From contig OZ024764.1 of assembly GCA_964016885.1 (NCBI GenBank), positions 21,018,001 to 21,082,000 on the forward strand: 64,000 nt of DNA. The letters run 5' to 3'. The translations under genes were made by a program, and so were the position numbers. Origin of the DNA: Eledone cirrhosa (Eukaryota). Below the pieces are notes generated by a model. It was not told where the DNA came from. It saw nothing but the letters and a program-made list of their open reading frames with translations, and searched no databases. This document shows positions 54,185 to 64,000 of this stretch, piece after piece; the first letter of the stretch is position 1; every line of letters begins with the position of its first letter.

Positions 54185-55048
54185 CTAAACTTCTGTATGA
54201 ATACACACATGCTTGGTTAAGTTACCACTTTGAGAGAATGATTTACCACAGATATCACAGTGATATGGCTTCTCTCCTGTATGAATACGTTTGTGGATAG
54301 TTAGGTGATTACTATGAGAGAATGATTTACCACAGATGTCACAGTGATATGGCTTCTCTCCTGTATGAGTACGTTTGTGGATAGTTACGTGATTACTACG
54401 AGAGAATGATTTACCACAGATGTCACAGTGATATGGCTTCTCTCCTGTATGAGTACGTCTGTGGGTAGCTAGGCAACTTCTGTCAGCGAATGATTTACCA
54501 CAGATGTCACAGTGATATGGTTTCTCTCCCGTATGAGTACGTTTGTGAGTAGTTAGGTTATTACTATGAGAGAATGAATTACCGCAGATGTCACAGTGAT
54601 ATGGCTTCTCTCCTGTATGAATACGTTTGTGATTAGTTAAGATATTTCTGCAAGAGAATGATTTACTACAGATGTCACAGTGATGTGGCTTCTCTCCTGT
54701 ATGAATACGTTTGTGAGTAGTTAAGTTATTACTCTGACTGAATGATTTACCACAGATGTCACAGTGATATGGTTTCTCTCCTGTATGAATACGTTTGTGA
54801 TTAGTTAAGCTATCTCTGAAAGAGAATGATTTACTACAGATGTCACAGTGATGTGGCTTCTCTCCTGTATGAATTTGTTTGTGAATTCTGACGCTACTAC
54901 TGTGACTGAATGATTTGTTACAGATATCACACTTATAAGGCTTCTCTCCTGTAAGAATACGTTTGTGAGTAGTTAGGTGATTACTACGAGAGAATGATTT
55001 ACCACAGATATCACAGTGGAATGGTGATTTTACTATATTTTTCGACAT
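54185..55048 (-). CDS. C2H2 zinc-finger protein C, 10 fingers (finger 1 second His to Leu)
   Basis: Intact ORF from MSKNIVKSP to HTEV*. Confidence 0.92.
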   Translation of the reverse strand: MSKNIVKSPFHCDICGKSFSRSNHLTTHKRILTGEKPYKCDICNKSFSHSSSVRIHKQIHTGEKPHHCDICSKSFSFRDSLTNHKRIHTGEKPYHCDICGKSFSQSNNLTTHKRIHTGEKPHHCDICSKSFSCRNILTNHKRIHTGEKPYHCDICGNSFSHSNNLTTHKRTHTGEKPYHCDICGKSFADRSCLATHRRTHTGEKPYHCDICGKSFSRSNHVTIHKRTHTGEKPYHCDICGKSFSHSNHLTIHKRIHTGEKPYHCDICGKSFSQSGNLTKHVCIHTEV

Positions 55049-56009
55049 AACTCCCACTAAAAGACATCAATGACCTCAGTTTCTCACATAATTCACAGTT
55101 TTAATATTTTTCTCCTCTTAATATATGAATATTTTTCTTCTTTATGTTTATAATATTATTCCTAAAACATATTCCTCCAGATATATTTACATCAACTTTG
55201 GTCTTTCTTTATATTTAAAGATGATACAAACTGTTTTGTAGATCTCTTCAAGTTTAATATACATATAAAACCATTTTGTACAAATTCCAGAAAATGAAGA
55301 ATCTAATTTTTCTGGTTTTTATTTGATTAGTTATTCCTGTAATAATGGAAATATTTCTACTCCTGTAGTTCCATCTACTATCATCTTTGTCAATATATGA
55401 AGATCTTACAAAATCATTTGTGAATTTCTTCAGCTTTATTTTGTATCTTCTACATATTCCAGACAGCAAAGAATAGAAGTGTTATTGAGTTTACAAGAAA
55501 TATTTTCCAGTATTTCTCCCATAGATTTATATAAACAAGGTTGTATCTGTTCTGTATAACAGCTTCCTTTAGTTTTTAAATAATGGTGTTGATGAAACAA
55601 CTGATATAAAAGTGTTTTATCCTTTTCATATCAGTCTTTATATGTATCTAAAAACTTTCCATTATAACTTCATGAAATTGTGCAACGTTATGTTCCAAAT
55701 AGTAGCTTAATACTGAGAAATTTAGTTATATTACTAAATCCCTTCAAAGTGTTGAGTGTTTTCAAAATTATTTGAAAATGATGGGTAGTGTCTTTCATTA
55801 GAAATGGTTAATGTTGAGGATATGTCTGATGTAACGTGCTCTTTAATTCCAATGTCCTCTGGTATTCTGAAATAATAAAAGAACATTATAAGATACTCAG
55901 AAACTTGTAATACATCAGTACAAATTTCATATAATATTTCTATATTGATAAATGGACTGTAATAAATACTAAGGCCTTCCTTGGTGAAGAATGTGCTGAC
56001 TAACATAGG

Positions 56010-57827
56010 TTAGTTATTAGTGGTAGTAGATTATACTGACTGATAAAAGTAGTTATTAGTGAGATTAGATTATACTGACTGATAAAAGTAGTTATTAGTG
56101 GCATTAGATTATACTGACTGATAAAAGTAGTTATTAGTGACATTAGATTATACTGACTGATAAAAGTAGTTATTAGTGGCATTAGATTATACTGAGTGAT
56201 AAAATTAGTTATTAGTGACATTAGATTAAACTGACTGATAAAAGTAGTTATTAGTGACATTAGATTATACTGACTGATAAAAGTAGTTATTAGTGACATT
56301 AGATTAAACTGACTGATAAAAGTAGTTATTAGTGACTTTAGATTATACTGACTGATAAAAGTAGTTATTAGTGACATTAGATTATACTGACTGATAAAAT
56401 TAGTTATTAGTGACATTAGATTATACTGACTGATAAAATTAGTTATTAGTGACATTAGATTATACTGACTGATAAAAGTAGTTATTAGTGACATTAGATT
56501 ATACTGACTGATAAAAGTAGTTATTAGTGACATTAGATTATACTGACTGATAAAATTAGTTATTAGTGACATTAGATTATACTGACTGATAAAAGTAGTT
56601 ATTAGTGACATTAGATTAAACTGACTGATAAAAGTAGTTATTAGTGACATTAGATTATACTGACTGATAAAAGTAGTTATTAGTGACATTAGATTATACT
56701 GACTGATAAAAGTAGTTATTAGTGACATTAGATTATACTGACTGATAAAAGTAGTTATTAGTGACATTAGATTATACTGACTGATAAAAGTAGTTATTAG
56801 TGACATTAGATTATACTGACTGATAAAAGTAGTTATTAGTGACATTAGATTATACTGACTGATAAAAGTAGTTATTAGTGACATTAGATTATACTGACTG
56901 ATAAAATTAGTTATTAGTGACATTAGATTATACTGACTGATAAAAGTAGTTATTAGTGACATTAGATTATACTGACTGATAAAAGTAGTTATTAGTGACA
57001 TTAGATTATACTGACTGATAAAAGTAGTTATTAGTGACATTAGATTATACTGACTGATAAAAGTAGTTATTAGTGACATTAGATTATACTGACTGATAAA
57101 AGTAGTTATTAGTGACATTAGATTATACTGACTGATAAAAGTAGTTATTAGTGACATTAGATTATACTGACTGATAAAAGTAGTTATTAGTGACATTAGA
57201 TTATACTGACTGATAAAAGTAGTTATTAGTGACATTAGATTATACTGACTGATAAAAGTAGTTATTAGTGACATTAGATTATACTGACTGATAAAATTAG
57301 TTATTAGTGACATTAGATTATACTGACTGATAAAAGTAGTTATTAGTGACATTAGATTATACTGACTGATAAAAGTAGTTATTAGTGACATTAGATTATA
57401 CTGACTGATAAAAGTAGTTATTAGTGACATTAGATTATACTGACTGATAAAAGTAGTTATTAGTGACATTAGATTATACTGACTGATAAAAGTAGTTATT
57501 AGTGACATTAGATTATACTGACTGATGAAAGTAGTTATTAGTGACATTAGATTATACTGACTGATAAAAGTAGTTATTAGTGACATTAGATTATACTGAC
57601 TGATAAAATTAGTTATTAGTGACATTAGATTATACTGACTGATAAAAGTAGTTATTAGTGACATTAGATTAAACTGACTGATAAAAGTAGTTATTAGTGA
57701 CATTAGATTATACTGACTGATAAAAGTAGTTATTAGTGACATTAGATTATACTGACTGATAAAAGTAGTTATTAGTGACATTATATTATACTGACTGATA
57801 AAAGTAGTTATTAGTGATATCAGATTA
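56010..57827. repeat. 39-bp VNTR, about 46 copies, in intron 1 of gene C
   Basis: Same unit as 38585-39427. Confidence 0.97.
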
Positions 57828-57828
57828 A

Positions 57829-58026
57829 CCCTTTAGTATTCACATTACTCTATATTTACTATTATATTTTCACAGTAAATGCTTTATCTCACATAATATC
57901 AAATCTATGAGATTTTGATGTTACTTATTTTGAGAACAATACCTTAACATAAGTATAAGTGACCAGTTACGGCCAGTTTGAACAGAAAGATGTGAGAGAA
58001 TTCTGGCCAGTTTATATACTAAAGGG
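57829..58026. mobile_element. piggyBac-type MITE
   Basis: TTAA|CCCTTTAGTAT...ATACTAAAGGG|TTAA. Confidence 0.85.
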
Positions 58027-59066
58027 TTAAAGAAATTAGGTGTAGAAGAATGGCTTGTGAGAAGCTGTCAGTAAAGTGTCTAGTGAGGAATTGAAGGTAC
58101 AGGTAGGAGTTCATCATGGTTTAGTTCTTAGCCCACTGTTGTTCATCATAGTTCTCCAAGCCATAACAGAGAGGTTTAAGACTGGCTGTCTATGGAAACT
58201 TCTCTATGTAGATGACCAACTATAGATATAGAATTTGAAATGGTAAGTTCTGAGAATATACTTAGCCAAAACTAAAGTGGTAATGGATAGGAGAGAAGAC
58301 CCTGACCCCTTCAGGAAAGTGGCCCTGCTCCATATGTAGAAAAGGAATAAGTAGAGGTAACCACAATGACAGAGACCTAGTTATAATAGCAGGGGACTTC
58401 AATGGTCATGTTGGACAGCTCCAGGATGGATACACTGGGGTACATGGTGGTCATGGTTATGGCTCAAGAAACGATGAAGGAGTGACGCTTCTTGTCTTTT
58501 GTGATGCAAGTGAACTAACCATTTGCAACACTTCAAGAAACCTACCAACCACCTAATAACCTACCAATCAGGTGAGCACATGAGACATATTGACTTCTTG
58601 CTAGTTACGGAGTAAGACAGATAGATGGCGTCAAATACTATGGCATACCCCAGGGAACAAAGTAGCAGGAAACGACTAGATTTGTAGATAAAGAAGTGGG
58701 AGACAGGATTATCAGAGTTAAGAAGAGCTACACACTTCTCCAGTTGGCTGGGAAATAATTATCTTTCCTTAATTTTATTTCTCGAACTCTTAGATGTTTG
58801 CAATCGACTTTTCTTCCTGAAAACGGAAACCCTAACCCTAATACTGGGGAATAAAACGTCTATCGCAAGTATCTAAGGGGTCCAGAGAAAAAATACTGGA
58901 AAAGGGGTATAGCAAGAATTCTAAGAAAAATAATTATTCTCCCCCAACGTGAGGTGTGAGTAGATCTGTGAAACTACATCTCTTTGTATACTTTCACCCT
59001 ACTTTTTCTACAAATCTAGTCATTTCAGTGAGGGTACCTGGTTATTTCAGCACCGTAGCCTCACCC

Positions 59067-62000
59067 GGTAACACTATAAAGGATGATACAATGAAAGATA
59101 AATTCCTTCAATGTTGCAATATTAAAGAAAATGTAAAGGAAGGGGTGGACAACGGAGCCAACACCAGAGCAAAAGACAGCAACGAGGGGTACTGGGAAAC
59201 CTCTCTAATGAGTTTTCAGGCAAGCCAGCACACTGGCAGTGTTACATCGGGTGATGGCGAGGCTGAGGTGCTGGAACAGCCAAGCGCCCTTGCAATTTCG
59301 CCAGTTACCTCTATAAGGCGAGCCGCCAGTGAGGAAAGGAACCTCGCAGTCAGCGGCCCGACTCCCCAAAACGTCTCGAAAGCCACAGGCTGAAAAATGT
59401 AGCTGGCCGACAGATCAGAGTATTTGAGGGTCTTACTCCGCTCGGCTGCCGAAGCTGTGGCTCTCGTCCTTACCGCAGCATCAAGGATGTGGGAAAGAGC
59501 AAAGGAGTCACTAACAGTGACGTCCCAGAGTAGACACCTGCCTTTCGACCAGGGGCACAGGGTAAGGCCGTCAGGTCTTTTGCCGTCACTTCTGGACAAC
59601 CCAGATGGTTCCAAGACCGAGGGGATGTTTGCCCGGGCCAAAGCTCTCTTCAGATATAAAGTTTAGCTCCGTGTGACGGGCGAAGCAGCCGGCATTCAGG
59701 CGGCAAGAAAGACCGTGGGGGCCTGTGGAGTCGAGGAGTTAGCCACATCTCAAACCCATGCAGACGTCAGCTCCCACTCTGAGGGTGATGGAGACACGAA
59801 GTTCATCCAGGCTGAGTAGGCCTCCAACGTTGGCCACGGGTAAGGCATCGACCCAGTCACCGGAGTATTTGGCGCTGGCAGATGGTAAGCGGCACCTTGT
59901 AAACTGATCTGAGAGGACAAAGAGGGAGTCGAAGGTGGCATTCCAACGTAACCTGTCCCAAGTTCTCTGACTTCGACTGTCCTCCACCTTCTCAGGAAGA
60001 GACAAGCCCAACTCACTCCATTGCTGGAGAGCTTCACACAACTCCCTGTTGGAACTAGTCCATGTTGGAGAGGAGAGGATGCTGCAAGCTTGGGTGGAGG
60101 AAAGGAAGCAGGGGGGAGAGAGGGACGAACACTTACTAACATTGACCAGACACTTGAGTCTCTCGAAGATTAGGTCGTCGAAGTGTTGGAGGCAGGATGG
60201 AAATCTGTGAGAGGGGCTGACCCTGAGCAGATACAGAAGCTTAGGAATAGACAGGTAGTTCCTGAGTAAGAAGAAACCTTGATGGGGTTCGATATCTTCA
60301 ATATTCCTCAGCAGCTGCTCAAGGCCAACCATCTTCGATTGGATGGTGGACTCGAAGGCCAGGTCTGTGATTGGGGCTCCTAAGGAGCACCAAGCCGACG
60401 GGGGAGGGACCATGATGGAAGGGAAGGACTCTGCGAACAGGTCGATCAGCTGTTGGTGTTAAGAAGCCGGGTGGTTGAGGATCCAGAGCTCACATTTGGA
60501 GCTATTGATCTGGAGACCCCGGCGCCGTTGTGGGACCCTCTCTCTTACTGAGCCGAGGACGATGTCGCGGCTGACGGAGTTGAAGGCATTCCTGAGATCA
60601 AGTTTGAGGATGACCTTGGGGGAAGAGGAGGGCAAGTTGGCAAATGCTCTGGCAGCGTGGACAGCAGCCACACATCCCAACCTGGTACCCACCCACAGCT
60701 GGATGGGGGAAAATTCCTCCGCCAGTGGGTTGGAGACCAACAGCAATCACGCCTTTGCAGTGAGGCGGCGAGGTGTGCAGCCACCGCAATGCGGCGCAGG
60801 TCCCCGTTGGGCTTGGTGAGACCAAATAGCTTCGCACCGAAGAACAGTGGGCGGATGAACGGGAGAACGTTCACTGATTCACAAACTGAGTCAGACTCTC
60901 CAAGAGCTCGAGTCCGGCATCACCGGCCGATAAGGAGATACCATCCTTGAGGTGTTGAGGACGAAGGACGTCAATTCCTGCGCCTGACCCAGCGGGGAAG
61001 GATGAAATCGGAGACGAACTGAGATGAGACGTGGTTGGGGTGGACTCAAACAGCTGGAACTGCCGCTTGAGAGAGGACTTGAGGGAACCCGAGTTCGCAT
61101 TGTGCACGTGAAGAGAGATGAGGGGAAACAAAAACAATTTCTGCCAGACTATTGTTGGACGAGCAAACGTTTTTCAGTAAATTAGAGAGGGCACCTGCAA
61201 AGCTGTTCCGAGCTCCCTTAAGGGTCCGGTTAACGAGCTTTGATTTGGAGAAGCCCTGGGGGGACTGTGGAAAGTCGTCGGTAGAGTCTTGGTCATCCCC
61301 ACGGAATAGTCGGAGCTGAAGTGGCACCGATGACAGGTCCAGTGTTGAAGCCTTTCGGCTTGAGCTTTGGTGTTGCCGACACAGCTTCTGTGGTAGCTTG
61401 CGTGGCATAGGTGACATTTAATTGTCTTTAAGTACTGGTTAGTGCGGGCACAGAGGGCGCAATCAGGTGGCGGGCTGGCAACAGCCGGCAGTAGAGGGCC
61501 AGCGTTGGAATTCGGTGAAGGGAGTGAGTCAGTAAAGGAGACAGCAGTGGTTCTAACGGTGGGACTAAAGCGGAGGTTGGGTGGTGAGCTAACAGTTATA
61601 GGGGTGGTGTGGTTGGCCGGGTTGAATTCGTTCGGAATCTGCCGTGAAGGAGAGGAGGGGTAGGTGGGGGTCAAGTTAGCTCCTCTCGTGCGTGCTGCAG
61701 TTGGTGTAGAATGAGAGGTCGAAGGCTGACCGGTTGTCACATTAGTCGTTCCACCAAGCAGGTCTCTTGGTCGTTCGACGCATGCCACCGCCACCTAGAG
61801 TGGACTAGGTTAAAGTGGTGGCAACTTTAGCAATCGGCAATCGCCGGTGATAGTTCGGTCGAAACATCGGGCCACCAGCGGGTTGAACGAATACCTAGGT
61901 GGGCTGTGCGCGAGGAGGAAGTAAGGGTTGAGCAAGGGGAGGGATGGAAGGTGGAGAAGGAGTGAAAAGATGGTGAGTGCGTGGAGAGGAGTGTGGTCAT

Positions 62001-62210
62001 GTGAGAGGCAGATAAATACAGTGGGAGAGAAAGAGCACTGAACATGCAAAGAGAAGGAAAATAAAAACGCTAGAAATACAAAATCTAAGGCTGTGAGTTT
62101 GTGTAATAGTTCGCATGGGTAAATCCGCAGTAAAAACCGAAATTGTGAGTTTGTGTAAAAAAGAAAAAAAAAAAAAACATGGGCAAGACTTAAGTAAAAT
62201 CAAAACCTGA
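59067..62210 (-). mobile_element. CRE-clade retrotransposon copy with internal deletions and an intact PHD motif
   Basis: Paralog of 40890-44700; RLE ORF 59216-59641; CALC..CHLCHASYHRSC..WTCHRC in ORF 61174-61794. Confidence 0.85.
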
Positions 62211-63136
62211 ATGATAGTGATACAAGATGTTTACAATTACGGAGTGATTACATTACTGGACCTGAATTCTATCAAGTGGTCAAAGCTTCTAATTCTGTGA
62301 AATAGAATGGAAGTATGGATTGACCTTTCAGTCACACCTGACTATAAATAGATTCAGGTTATTTCAAGAGGGAGATGGGATGGTTCCTCGCCATTTATAA
62401 TTATTTATATTTTATATTTGGGGGGTTTGATTTTGAAAAATTGTAAGTGTATGTTAAGGAGGAAAGTATAATTGTGTGATACAATTGCTCCAGGTTGGTT
62501 CCCTACGTTGTTGCCACAAACAATTCTTTTTTCCTCCGAACATCTGTTATTCCTCTCCGTAGATTATAAATGGTAAAATCCGTTCGATCCAACCGAATGG
62601 AAAATCCAGTTCCTTGAAGAATATTTTGAGTTGTCTCGGACAAAGCAAAAAAAGGGGGAAAGTTGAAAATGTTTACCTCGTTTGGTGGTCAATTGCCATC
62701 TCCCACTGTGTTTTTCTTTCCTTTATCATTATTGTTCAATAAATTATATTATTATACACAGTTTAGACAATATATTTGTAATGTCTTTCTCAAGGAATTG
62801 CCAGCAATTTATAATGTTATTTACACACTTATGTTATTTATGTATATATTTAAAACATATTTACAACGTTATTCTACTGTAAATTTATACAATTGTAATA
62901 AAATATATTAATTATATCATCACATAATATAAAAACGACCTTTAGAATATTTAAATATTTAGTTTTGTTAATTTATTTTTCAGCAACAACAAAAGTTTTC
63001 ACTTTAATTAATTAGAGGTAGGTAAAATATAGATAATTACGATAACATTTTATATTTTCAGTAATAAAACAAACAAGAAAATATATATTTGTGATGTGAA
63101 AAGTGAGATTAAATCTACAATATTAATAGACATAAT

Positions 63137-63270
63137 ACTTACATTATAGTCTCAGGTGTTTAGTATTTACAGAAATGTTGTCTAAATGTTGTTGTAGGAA
63201 GACTAACACGTGGACAGGAAGTCGACAACTGCACCACTGCGCATGCTTCAATGTTTTTTTCGTGACGTAA
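63137..63270 (-). promoter_or_regulatory. Promoter and exon 1 of ZNF gene C
   Basis: Same donor and motif cluster as the other units. Confidence 0.65.
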
Positions 63271-63619
63271 AAATATTTTTACCGAATTAAATTATGTAAA
63301 GTTTGTAATAAAAAAATGAAGTTGAAAACAGTAAATGTAATTAAAATAGAGAAAGTAAGGTGTTGGTGGTGAGGAATGGACGGTAGACGTTTCACCTCAG
63401 TCTAGGTAGTGTATTTTTACCTGTGTCACTCGGACAATAGCCAGCGATGACCACTACACCAAGCACTCTCTCCTTCAGGTGGTGTCCACTTTCGTGAGTC
63501 TGTAGAATAACAGGGCAGTTGGAAGACAGAGGACAGCAGAGGAGGTCTTGACTTGAAAAGATTATCACTTGATACCTCGATATAACCTGTTGGTAGAAAT
63601 AGTAGGGAGCTGGATCAAT

Positions 63620-63805
63620 CGAGTACCCTGACAGAGATCCCAGGGTATGTCGGTAAGATAGGGTCATATGGGGGCTAAGTTGCCAGAACAGCTAAGTACC
63701 CCGACAGAGATCACCGGGTACTTCGGTAAGATCGGGTCATGTGGAGGCTAAACCGCCAGAACAGCTAAGTACCCTCACAAGAGTCATCGGGTACTTCGGT
63801 AAAGC
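63620..63805. repeat. 73-bp minisatellite, about 2.5 copies
   Basis: Same unit as 27300-27560. Confidence 0.85.
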
Positions 63806-64000
63806 CAGCCGCCAACAGTGACAACAACTTCGTTGTCAGCAGCCCAGCTTCTCAAACATCACAGACTGGAATAAATACTTTGCCGATAATTACTGGTAGT
63901 TTAGCTTTTATTTCGTTCGTCTACAGAAGCAGTGACCCTCACTTTTACTACAGCATGTAGGATGTGGGAGGGAGACGAAAACATCACTAACTGGGGTCTC

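Noticed and set aside
56000-57781. 593-aa repeat protein (SLITTFISQYNLM)n
   Set aside because: By-product of a 39-bp unit lacking stops in one frame; unit variants are mostly non-synonymous and the B copy has an internal stop

Overview
AT-rich eukaryotic DNA, very likely from an octopus (inferred from the tandem [11 protein letters not shown]...HTGEKP C2H2 arrays and cephalopod-type SINE/RTE repeats). The window is a head-to-tail array of ~17.5-25 kb units. Each unit holds a minus-strand C2H2 zinc-finger gene: a conserved promoter and non-coding exon 1 (~1.7, 26.9, 45.7, 63.2 kb), a TE-filled intron, and one large exon encoding 10-12 fingers (18.3, 36.7, 54.2 kb). A finger-less paralogous exon follows each gene. 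The rest is mostly mobile DNA: several CRE-clade (RT + restriction-like endonuclease) retrotransposon remnants, one carrying a PHD finger; two RTE LINE families; RTE-related and tRNA-derived SINEs; Tigger; hAT; non-autonomous Helitrons; piggyBac MITEs. There are also several minisatellites, a 39-bp intronic VNTR and a near-identical 5.35 kb tandem duplication. The most notable observations are (i) finger recognition helices diverging while flanks stay near-identical, (ii) repeated colonisation of the unit by different CRE-clade elements, and (iii) a 39-bp VNTR whose unit looks like a 3' splice site. All calls come from reading the sequence by eye; no searches were run.
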